Source of the DNA: Phoronis australis
Taxonomy: Eukaryota > Animalia > Phoronida
Direction: 5' to 3'
Assembly: GCA_002633005.1 (NCBI GenBank)
Contig: NMRA01000078.1
Location: 62,001 to 126,000, forward strand
Length of the DNA: 64,000 bases
Shown here: positions 39,931 to 50,620 of the stretch, piece by piece
Numbering within the stretch: the stretch's first letter is position 1
Layout of the letters: each line of letters starts with the position of its first letter
Program-made: the position numbers and the translations under genes
The notes under the pieces: model-generated
Databases searched by the model: none
Seen by the model: only the letters and a program-made list of their open reading frames with translations
Told to the model about the DNA's origin: nothing

Positions 39931-40898
39931 ACAGTACACACCATGGATTTTTGCACATTTTGAATTACCGGTGGCCACAGACTAAATGTATGACGTAAAA
40001 TTTAGCTAAACCCATGTTTATTTTGTGTAATTAGCTCAAAATTTTGATTTTTCTTTCAATTGTGCCAATTTTCACATTTCCCGCCATGTGACGTCATGGG
40101 TTGAACACAAGAGATCAGTGACTAGCTTTGAACAATGGCGGAGACCAGGGAATTTGAAAGTGACGACGATTAAGAGCAAGAATTGAACGAATACTATGAA
40201 GAAACGTATGGGAATGGTGGCCAGGATGAGGAAATGGGGTTGCACGAAAGCGAGAACAAGTTTAATGTGCTTCCGGCTGCGTACTTTTCTACTTTGAGCC
40301 TTATGAACTGGATCCTCCCGCGAGAGAAGCGGCCTCGGGCTCGGCGAGTCAACTGAACCCAGTCATCCAACAGACGATCCTGAATTAAGAGCTGATGTTT
40401 CTGAATGATAAATATTGCCCTTTATTGAACCAGGCCTTCATCGTAACGTCTCCTGTGACTGGAGTCGAAACACGTGTCCTCAAAGTGGGCAGAACACAGA
40501 GTGGCCCCGGACCGAATCGCTTGGTCCACGATGACGTCCCACACTCTCGTTCGGCGCACGAAGTCATGCCACTTCTGCGCAACTTTGGTGTCCTTCGGAA
40601 CACCGAGAAGTTTCCGCCTGGATGTTGTTGCTGCAGGCTCCGGAAACACATCTTTTGATCCCTCTACGAACCTTCTCGACGCTAAATGTACTTTGCATTC
40701 TCTTCAATCTATACACTTTGTCTCTGATCCGAACGGTATGGCGAACGACTTGGGTTCAACCCATGACGTTGTACATAATTATTATTTTTTTTCAATTTTT
40801 GCGTGTTACTTTATGAGCTGTGCACTAAAGGCACTGAAATCAAGTAAGATATAATAATAAAATTTATTTTGAGGTACTAGAGTCATGTTGTGTACACT
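39931..40898. mobile_element. Kolobok-like non-autonomous element with THAP pseudo-ORF (copy 3)
   Basis: TTAA|ACAGTACACACCATG ... CATGTTGTGTACACT|TTAA. Minus strand ~40660-40460 reads IKRCVSGACSNN/GGNFSVF/PKDTKVAQKWHDFVRRTRVWDVIVDQAIRSGATLCSAHFEDTCF. Internal inverted ACGTCATGGGTTGAAC.CAAG at ~40091 and ~40769. Confidence 0.85.
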
Positions 40899-41129
40899 TT
40901 AAGAACTTAGCTTAATCCGGTACTAAGGATTGCACGTGTTTCCGGAGGCCCAAAAATCCGATACTTCAAAGTAAAACAAAGCAAGTTAAAACTGTGCTCG
41001 AGTACAATGTCGACTCGATTATTTCAGTTGCATAAGCACAAAAACAAAACGTGACTCTCGTGAAATAATTTAATCCGATTGGTGAGTCAAATATCAGGGC
41101 AAATTTCGTGAGGCAAAATCAAATTCTTA

Positions 41130-42172
41130 CGATAAATTGAACGTTTTTGATCGTCAATGGGAACGGTTATCACCAGGATGAGGGTAAAGTTGACGGGCAG
41201 CCACGTGATGAAGTTCGCGTGTTGGACCTCATAATACGATGTCGTAAATGTCAGAAAGAGAACCATGACCTACGCCACTGACGGTTCACTCTCTGTCGCC
41301 TGCCTTCCTAACAATTAGGCTTCCGCGTATCCAGTGTGTTTCTTTCCGGTGTCGTGGTAGCTCTAAGTTGTCCAACGACTGCTGCAGAGTACGTACTGGC
41401 TTGATGACCACATCAATGTTACATTCCCGACAAATACGCGCACTGTTCCAAAGATACATACTCAATCGGCCCGTTCCCGTTTCTTCGGTCCCCGCCTGGT
41501 ATTGATATACTAGAGGTCCAACAGCGTGTAATAGCTTGTTCGATGCGTTCACGTTCCCGTACTTTGTCAACACGCCCACACCAGGCAAGCAGAGTCTGTC
41601 CTACCTGGAAGTGTGAAGCAAGTATTGATGCGCAGGGCTCTTCTTTTGGTTGAGGAACTTGGTAGTCCCGTTGTCTCTGGGAACAATGAGCGTGTATAAA
41701 AATGGCAGAGATTTTTTAGATCCCGTTTCGTTAGTGAAATTGGTGCTGTTGGTCCGATCAATGCGATTGAGGGTTATTGAACGTGTCCATCGGACTGTTG
41801 GAGATTATTTCTAAAATATCATCAGCCTTCCTCTTCCAGGGTGTTGGTTTGGCTTCTATAGGGACGCTAACCACAGCCCGTTGCTCCAAAAACTTCACCA
41901 TGAGACTGTTGAGATTCGTTCTTACTATCACCATTAGTGTTTTGATGGGGACATTTATAAACAACGCTTCGGAACGGCTGTGGATAGCCCTGTTTATCCT
42001 ATTATCCCAAATTTATACATGAGATATTGAATGAATGGCATCATTTTTCTGACATTTATGACATCGCATTACGTGACCCTAAGCGGAAACTTCATCACGT
42101 GACTGCTAGTCCACCTAACCATCATTCTGAAGATGACAGCAGCAACTAACAATCGAAAACTTTCAATTTATT
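41130..42172 (-). mobile_element. Penelope-like retroelement remnant (decayed RT) with inverted terminal repeats
   Basis: Minus: FLEQRAV..PTPWKRKADDILEII..LNRIDRTNSTNFT.E..SLPFL..HQYLLHTS..RICRECNIDVVIKPVRTLQQSL. Plus 41900-42022: MRLLRFVLT..FDGDIYKQRFGTAVDSPVYPIIPNLYM. 41130-41250 is an inverted copy of ~42040-42172. Confidence 0.85.
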
Positions 42173-42703
42173 GCAAGTACTCGATTGATATACAACAAAA
42201 CATGACATAAATCACGCCATTCGACGCGGATTTTCACGGTGGTCAGACACTTCAATGCAGATTGAACAATTAGACGGATGCCGTATCATTATTGTTTTCA
42301 CGTTAAGTTCAACAGTGTCAGTGTTATTGTAGGAGACCATATAGGCTACGCCCATAAGAGAACACTTGGCGTGTACTGCTATGCTTATGGTTTTTCATAC
42401 AGACAAAAAGGTTAACAATACGCCACCAGTGAACCTAAACCTCTATAAAGTGAAAATGTAAGATGCGCGCAAACTTGACAACTCGTCAATTGAGTTTGTG
42501 AATCCTGCTGACTGGCGCGTGATAAAACTAATTACGCCACATATAATCAAGCTGTTTTCAAGAAAAGGGCATAAATTTTTGCTCTGAAATCGAGGGTCAT
42601 TTCGACGACACGTTTTTTATTAATTCATACAAACTATCATGCAAAACCATATCTCACACGTGTGACTTTTTTGATTTTGGACGCTTTTGGAACGATCAAA
42701 TAC

Positions 42704-42783
42704 GTACGGAAAAGTTGTGTCTGAGCGCGTAGGAAAAAGATGTCCGTGAGCGCGTAGGAAAAAGATGTGTCTGAGCGCGTAGT
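42704..42783. repeat. Short tandem repeat, ~25-27 bp x3
   Basis: Unit approximately CGTAGGAAAAAGATGTGTCTGAGCG. Confidence 0.7.
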
Positions 42784-43631
42784 GTCGTTAATGTATTCGT
42801 CGCAGCAGAAACCAATTACCTTGTCCAGATATGCTGAGCACAGCTTAACAATAGTATATAGTGTAGTGTACCACATCACATGGATAATTACGTGCGCATA
42901 GTAAATTGTTCTATAAGTTACTAATATAGTGCGCGGAATAAATGGATGATTAGGCGAGATTTCTGGCGCATCTGAGACACAATATGATTCAACAGGTCGC
43001 TAGATTTTATGCCCAAAACAAAATCAATCAAATACTGCTGATAGAAGTGCAATACCGAATAAAAGTTTTTTATCAGAAAAATTCGTTTTGAAATTGAACC
43101 AAGGTTAGAGCAGTGTAATTGGCCCGGCCTGCGTTTTGTCAGTCATTTTTTAGACAGCGACACCTCACGTGAGGAATTGGAACCTAAGGCTTTTTATGGT
43201 GACACTCCACTTTCCTGCTCTGCGGGATGATTTTTATATGCGCAAAGTGTGTAACTGTAGAAGTTTACTATATTACACATTTACTGATGTGACAAGTACA
43301 GTGTGGTAGTGGTCCTATCATTGTATTGAAACCACAAGTTATGAAACATATGCCCGTGAGATATTTTGCTCATCGTAATAATTACAGAGATAACCTTACT
43401 ACACGTTTCAGATTTCGCTTTCGTTAGCATCCATGGTAAGCTGGCCAATCCTTGCGGGGAACTCCGATTGGTTGTTGAACGAATGCTGCCATTGAAATCA
43501 ACAGCCTCGTGTATTTTTTATACAATGACGTTTTCGTGATAAAAGTAAATAAGATTAAAGGTGTAGCGTTGCAGAGGACCCTTGAAAGAATCACCAAACT
43601 TAGGAACGTACATAAATATCTAGATAACATA

Positions 43632-43702
43632 CTCCATGGCTCAATGGGCTAGAGCTTCCGCACAGTTAATTAGCAGAAGGCGCAGGGTTCGAGTCTCACT
43701 CC
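43632..43702 (+). repeat. tRNA-like Pol III head (SINE-like or pseudo-tRNA)
   Basis: Box A TGGCTCAATGG and box B GGTTCGAGTC at tRNA-like spacing; no convincing acceptor stem. Confidence 0.45.
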
Positions 43703-43769
43703 ATCACTATCAGACATCTTTTCGGACCATGCTTCTATTGATTAGGTCACATGATGCGGTGTAGACCAG

Positions 43770-43920
43770 CCTCCCGTTCAGTAACGCTAGGACCTCGCTA
43801 TAAAGCAAGACTTCGCGAGATTACGAGAGATATTGCTGTGTATTTCAAATAAGAACACGTGGTGTTGACTAGATTTTAGCTAGGTCCTAGCGTAGGTCCT
43901 AGCGTCTACTGAACGCACGC
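43770..43920 (+). mobile_element. Harbinger-type MITE family A
   Basis: Nearly identical to 10968-11118; CAG on both sides. Confidence 0.9.
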
Positions 43921-45442
43921 CAGACTTTAAAATGTTTGTGATCTGGATTTCTACGCCGTTTTAAGATTTACATATTCAGACAAGTCAATAACCGTATACC
44001 CGTTGCCTACGATAGACTATTAGGCTACGAACGGTTGGTGTCGCGTTGACGGACTATAGATTATATACGCTAGTAGTACTCAATGCCTTTGTAATCCATT
44101 ATGTGCCCAGGTGGCCCAGCGAAAGGTTATCGGCTCAAGTCATAGCGAAGCCTACCTTTGCCTGCGGAACTTCTCCCAAGCATGAGGTAAATCTGAGAAC
44201 AAAGGTTATCGAACGTGACAATGGTTATCGTTTACCGCCACCATTAAGCTGCATCGAATGCCACAACAAAGACCTAAGCCATTTCATTCTTTTGAAACAT
44301 AGGGTTCCAAGCTCCAGTGACCGGTTGCATGAAACAGTCCCAAATAGGGATTCAACAAAGTTCCCAAAATCTGCTGTTCATTTGTTGACTTGTGAAAACA
44401 GTTAATGGTTGTCCTTTCTTATAACGTTAAGTTTCATTACGAAGTCGATTTTTTTACTTTTTTTGATTCTGACAAAGCGAAAGTGAACTCTTTGCTGAAT
44501 CAGTCCTCAGTATTATTGGAAATAAGTAGGGATATTTTTATGCAACGTCCTCTAACTTAATGAATAAGTGTTAGTCCCTATGTATTTTCACTGCCGGATT
44601 CAAGGGCTCACTTTTTTGTTACATTATTAGAAAATGTCATTAGTCAAAGAGAAGCTCGTAATAAAAAAAATTAATAATAGAAAAAATAGTACATCTGTTC
44701 GTAAAGAACGACAGAAATACGCTGAAGATTTAGGAAGCTGGGACTGTTTCATGCAACCGCGCATTGTGATCTTATTCTGCCAGTACCTTCCAACACGGAT
44801 GTTGGCCGCATGACTAGGGTTCCGTAGACTGAGGAGGGAATCTCGCGATAATTCAAGACCAGGCAAAACATCGAAAGATGTGGCATTATGATCAGCCCAG
44901 GGTACTGTCCAATAGCGAAGAAAAAAATCTCATTACGACGTTTTCCCCGTTGCTGTCAACTTAATTGTTCGATTCTATAACCCAACAACAAGTTGGGAAG
45001 TTTACCCCTGTAGCCAATATATTACACGACTGATTAACTCCGTCCTAGCATTCATGGTTGGAGGGCCAGTTCTCTTTTGTTCGATAATTGCTCTAATATT
45101 CAATAAGATCGTATCTACCCAGACTGGGCTGTGCTGTTAAATATAGAAGTTAAGTTATAACATATTTGAACATAAACCAATAGCATTTCTGAAATCCTCG
45201 TCAAATGGTGATCATTTTGAATCGCCAAAATCGCCCAACTGCAACCGAAGTTACGATAATCTATTCTTTTCGAATACACCAATTAACTCTGAGTTTGACT
45301 GTGTTCACACGTGGTCTGTAATAAGCCTGGTAGATAATTGGTGTGCTTGTTGTCATAACAGACAAAAGACTGTGCTTGACAGTTAACAAAGAAGCTAGAA
45401 GTTATCACACGCTCAGAACCCCCTTCGTCTGGTAAAGTCACT

Positions 45443-45545
45443 GAACGGGAAAACGCTGCCATGTCGCCAAATTCACTTGCTCTCAAATACACTGCAATAT
45501 CTCGCGTAGTCTCGCGAAATGTTGCATCTCAAAAACGAGGCACTA
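45443..45545 (-). mobile_element. Degenerate family A fragment
   Basis: AAATACACTGCAATATCTCGCGTAGTCTCGCGAA and ACTGAACGGGA motifs. Confidence 0.45.
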
Positions 45546-46743
45546 ACGCTATTAAACTCGATCCGGCTACAAGCGAAGCACGTGATCAAACTAGCCTGCT
45601 TCGCGAGATTCTTGCATTTACCAAAGTCAATCCTGTTGGCAATTGGTACTTGCTAAGACCCTTCATAACCAAGATTTGATTTAGACCACTATTTACCGTC
45701 ATGAAATTGGTCTCAAGTTGTTCCTTTGATACAATCGGTGTGATTTCTTCATTTGGAAAGATCTGACAGTTCGTTGTCTTCAGACAAAGCTCATAAAATT
45801 TCACATCCGGATACCTGAAACCACTTCCAAACTGAATAAGGAACAACAGGAGGTCAGTTTTATGACGACAGTGGGCCTAAATCAAAACTATTTTGACGCC
45901 CAGAAAGCAAGGTTTTAAAGGCCTACTATGGTGCCAAAATGACTATTTTTATATCTAAAATACATGTGTTAATGGAAAACACCAACATACGGTGTCATAG
46001 CATACCACTGTCGTTGATCAAGTAGGCCTATTACTATACAGCAGCCCCATCACGAACCCCATTAAGCGCAATGAAAAAATGAGATGGCGCTGGCACCGAT
46101 CGAAGCCTGTGACATCATCGACAGAACGAATTTGGCTTTTACCGTGTCTCCATCTTGGAACGAAACATCGAAGTGCGCACTGCAGATCTTGCAGTCAGCC
46201 AGCTAGCTGTATGAACTTAAAGACTATCTTCAGAATAAAAGTATACAGCTTTGCGTCACGGCTAGAACAGATCTGACTTACTGTTAGACTAAGAATTTTA
46301 TAAGCAGGCGTTCCTTGCCGTGGTTACGAATCTATTCCATGCACGGCACATGACGAGATCGGCGTAAAAGTTGTACAAATGTATGCCATTGCCGCTTACA
46401 TTGCTGCGCCCGTGCACCACGCAACGAGGCATTTTATCCCAGAGACCGATAAGTAGTCTACATCCAAGAAATGACACTCATCTGTTGCGCACTGAGAATT
46501 CGGGGAAATTTCGTTGACACGATGATGTCATATGTACCACTTTACGCTGATTGGTTGAGATTATTTCTGGGGCCCTCGAATGGGCTACGAATTATGCGTG
46601 ATGTAACTTACGTCGCAATTACTTTCTGTGGTATGTAAGAAACAAAATCAATATTTTATTTAAAAAATATAAAATTACTTCTATTTCTAGTGTCAAAAGA
46701 GTGTTGTGGTCGCTAGAGGCTATCTCTAATGCCACTATATGAT

Positions 46744-46970
46744 TTAAAGGCAGAAATTGCTTGAAGTACGCTCTCTGCACTCACCAGACGGCGCCAGTCG
46801 TATGATGTCATTCACCAATCTCTCCTCTTCCAGTCTGACGTTTTCAACGTGTTTGCGGTACAAATGGAGCCAACAGAAAAACGACGATACGAGAATGAAG
46901 ACGAACCCTCCTGAGAGACCACCAACCATCTTGATAAATGTATCCCTAGCCTTGATCGGTTCCGCTTGTC
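46744..46970 (-). CDS. Transmembrane exon of CUB-like membrane protein (may instead splice at 46785)
   Basis: Acceptor ctctttttag|, phase 1; QAEPIKARDTFIKMVGGLSGGFVFILVSSFFCWLHLYRK (hydrophobic span then basic residues). Donor TG|gtgagt at 46785, or stop at 46744 with AATAAA at 46660-46655. Confidence 0.75.
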
Positions 46971-47971
46971 CTAAAAAGAGATATAACGAATGAATAGAAC
47001 ACAATAGAATCTGACTGAAGCAAAAGTAACAGAGATGGCCACATATGCATACGTTAGGTAAAGTAGGCGATGTATTGTAAGTTTAGCGGGTTTAATAATC
47101 ACACGACATTCGATGATCAAAACGGAACCAGAAGGTTAAAATCAAAGGCAGACGTACGGACGACTAACATCACAATGGCGCTAATTATTGATTTTATGGC
47201 TGATTCCATAAGGCAACACTTGATTTCTTAGGGCGAAGAAGACGGTATGAAAATGGCAAACTAGCGATGAGTGGAAGGTGGCGCAGGTCGAGAGGCAACT
47301 GGGCTGGAACTAGTGAGCTGATTCGTTTTCCCAATTCTCCCCTAGAAATTAATATTTTCGCCCCTGCCTATCACCCTTCAACTGTTTTTAGACTCTCGAT
47401 AACTTGTCACCAGTTTCAGACTCGCGTTTTCAGAGACCATTTAGACTATGAGCCAGCTATCTGGTCTGTTGTAAGATATTAAGGTGGCGTTCGTGCCAAA
47501 GTGACAACTATAAATCGTCGCAAATATTTGTAGTAGAATTTTTTATTTTCGTTCAGCCCAAAACTCGTCATTTTTCTGGAATCCATCATCGCAGTTGTTG
47601 TGAAATGCAGGTATTGCTTTCAACTCTGAAAATTTTGATGTGGACCATCTCAGTTAGTGATTGGCTGGAAACATGAGAGCTGAGACGAGTATAGTAGTCT
47701 CACATGAGAGGCATAAACTCAAAAAGAAATTCTCAGATTTGGCGGTTCGACTTGTTTTACACCACATGGCTTGGCGGTAAGTAATGGTTGGAGGGTATCA
47801 CTGAAAATGTCATGAGGCAGAAAGCCGGGAGATCACGTGCTCCGATTGAAATATATAGCGATTTCTGACCGTAGCTTAGTCAACGTTCGAGATGTTGGCT
47901 TTATGAAGGCATTCTTGTCTTTAACCAACCATCCCTCATCCCGATACCACGTGACAGTAGGTCCTACTTAC

Positions 47972-48110
47972 GCGTTATGCTTGTTATTGTTACAGAGAAG
48001 TTGAACACAGGTCGTGGCGGCCGTTCATAGGAGAATACCATCGTCAAGTATTTATTTGGCGGTTGAGTTTGGAACGGGGCTGGCTTCTCAGTGCCTTCTA
48101 AATGGTGTAC
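47972..48110 (-). CDS. Middle exon of CUB-like membrane protein
   Basis: ttttccag| ... C|gtaagt, 139 nt, phase 0 to 1; VHHLEGTEKPAPFQTQPPNKYLTMVFSYERPPRPVFNFSVTITSIT; phases fit both neighbouring exons. Confidence 0.8.
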
Positions 48111-48550
48111 CTGGAAAACCATACGCCATTGCAGTCAGGAGTGAAAGGCTTGATTCGGGGTTTGTGATGTTAATTATAGTACAAATGCCCGATTGATATA
48201 GGAGATTTGCATAGCAAAAACTCATCATAGCATAACAAACCTACTATCCGTTACAAACTTATGGTTTACTAGACTATTATCCGTTATAAAATTGGTCTCA
48301 AATCGTCCCTTTCTCAGAATAAAAGTTATTTTCTCGCCAGATTTGGGAAAAACCCAGCACGTTTCCTTGAGAGTTGTATTGACCCGACAAGCTATTTTTT
48401 ATGCCCTGAATGTGCCATATGAACCTGTCTTCCGTAAAAAAACAGCTTTTGATTCAGACCACTTACCGTTATGGAAATGATTTAATAAATCCATTGTCAC
48501 CTTGTAGGTGTTCTCAGGGCTTCGACAGAACTGACAGCGAATTAGTGCTT

Positions 48551-48746
48551 GAGACTAGGGTCCCTTCGCCCAGTATGGTCTCGAGACTAGGCTCGCGTCG
48601 CCCAGTATGGTCTCGAGACTAGACTCCCTTCGCCCGGTATGGTCTCGAGTTTAGGCTCGCTTCGCCCAGTATGGTCTCGAGACTAGACTCGCTTCGCCCA
48701 GTATGGTCTCGAGACTAGGCTCGCTTCTCGCAGTATGGTCTCGAGA
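48551..48746. repeat. Minisatellite, 32 bp x6 (intronic)
   Basis: Unit GAGACTAGGCTCGCTTCGCCCAGTATGGTCTC repeated head to tail without spacers. Confidence 0.95.
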
Positions 48747-48961
48747 AATGACCAACTGGCACTTCTTTGCAAGCCCAGAAATCACTTCTCCGTCTGAGTA
48801 ATGAACAAGTTGGGACCAATTTCATACATGTAAGTGTTCTAAATCAAATGATCTCTTCTTAATTGGAAGGAGCATAGGTTTATAGCTGCTTTGAAGTTTT
48901 CCAAAGCCCGAATTCACTTGCAACCAAGAGTTGCTTGACTTCTTTACTTTGGACCCTGTTA

Positions 48962-49389
48962 TTATTGCTATTTTCTGTAGATAAGCCCACCCTATGAAAC
49001 GCCCATTGGCGTTTATTTGGAAAATTGCGTTCACTTCTGGTGTCAAGTGTCCAGATCATAGACATCAGATGTCCATCGTCCAGATAGTGGGTTTATTCGA
49101 AAACTTTCCTCTTAAAAGCCCTCTCAGCGTCAACTTTTTGTCACAAATTCAGTTTTGTGGAGCATTTATCATTTATATAAAGGAACAAAGTGTTGGAGTA
49201 CTATGCATTTATTAACATAAAATTTAAAAACACTTTTAAGTAAAAACGTCAAAGTCAGTAAAACCTTCCGTTTACACACACCCTTTTCCGAATAAACGCT
49301 TGGGCGTTTATTTGGGGTTACTTAAACGGCTGAGATTTTTCATTTTCCGAATACACGCCCATGAGCTTATCTACGGAAAATCCCGGTTA
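48962..49389. mobile_element. Tc1/pogo-like MITE remnant
   Basis: ATTTTCTGTAGATAAGCCCA pairs with TGAGCTTATCTACGGAAAAT; repeated AAACGCCCA / GGCGTTTATT subterminal motifs. Confidence 0.5.
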
Positions 49390-49621
49390 TCCTGGAAACC
49401 AAAATGGTTGACTACAAACGTAGGAACAAACAGTCGGTTTATGCCAACAAGAAAGGAGCACCACATGGCATAGGAATAGCGTTTACAGGCCCTACCGCAC
49501 CAAGACTAGGCTTAGCGAGGTACTTTATTCCGCGCGGCAGCTTAAGACATCAAAGGAAGTCTGGAGAGAGCATGGTATTGATAAAGGGATTTCAATTGCC
49601 CCTTTGTTGGGAGGTAGTGAG

Positions 49622-50620
49622 CCTGTAATTATTTCCACCCTATTAGCCTTAATTGTATTGGAAACACAACGGGTGTGGTGATGCCCTGTCTGCTGGTGAT
49701 TGGGGTGAAGGGGCAGTGTACTTTTCATTCGGAATTAAAGTTTCTCTGTCGACAACAAGTTAATAAAACTATTGTTCTGCTAGGCTTAACGTATGGTGAT
49801 CACATACAAGAACCGACTTGAGCAATGGTCCTTTAAAAGATGCTTGAAATATTCGGATCACGATGCCTGTCGTTCTGATACTGTAGCGAGTGAAATCAAA
49901 ATGGATCCCTTGTCCGCTGTAATCAGCTCCTGAGCCTGCCACCGCCGTAATGTTGCAACGCTCAAACCGGGCTTCTCGAGACGAAGCGCCCTGTATAACA
50001 ACAGCGTCGGTTTTATGAATAACGTACGACCCCTGTCTGTCGCAATGTTCTCTGTTGTTGACGTCGACTGAAACATGTGAACGCAACTTCTTATTGAAAT
50101 GATTGTGATTCATTGANGTAGTGTGCCTGTAATTATTTCCACCCTATTAGCCTTAATTGCATTGGAAACACAACGGGTGTGGTGATGCCCTGTCTGCTGG
50201 TGATTGGGGTGAGGGGGCAGTGTAATTTTCATTCGGAATTAAAGTTTCTCTGTCGACAACAAGTTAATAAAACTATTGTTCTGCTAGGCTTAACGTATGG
50301 TGATCACATACAAGAACCGACTTGAGCAATGGTCCTGTAAAAGATGCTTGAAATATTCGGATCACGATGCCTGTCGTTCTGATACTGTAGCGAGTGAAAT
50401 CAAAATGGATCCCTTGTCCGCTGTAATCAGCTCCTGAGCCTGCCACCGCCGTAATGTTGCAACGCTCAAACCGGGCTTCTCGAGACGAAGCGCCCTGTAT
50501 AACAACAGCGTCGGTTTTATGAATAACGTACGACCCCTGTCTGTCGCAATGTTCTCTGTTGTTGACGTCGACTGAAACATGTGAACGCAACTTCTTATTG
50601 AAATGATTGTGATTCATTGA
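49622..50620. other. 504-bp tandem duplication at N50118, duplicating an exon (49808-50067); probable assembly artefact
   Basis: Copies are near-identical (K/T codon difference plus a few intronic SNPs); junction on an N. Confidence 0.85.
50312..50571 (-). CDS. Extracellular CUB-like exon of a single-pass membrane protein
   Basis: catgtttcag| ... CTT|gtatgt, 260 nt, phase 1 to 0; DVNNREHCDRQGSYVIHKTDAVVIQGASSREARFERCNITAVAGSGADYSGQGIHFDFTRYSIRTTGIVIRIFQASFTGPLLKSVL (Cys pair and beta-strand pattern like CUB). Confidence 0.75.

Noticed and set aside
48551-48746. 32-bp partly palindromic repeats resembling a CRISPR array
   Set aside because: Units are contiguous with no unique spacers, there are no cas genes, and the context is a eukaryotic intron; it is a minisatellite.
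49808-50067. Mutually exclusive alternative exon
   Set aside because: Intronic flanks are duplicated too and the junction is an N; an assembly artefact is simpler.
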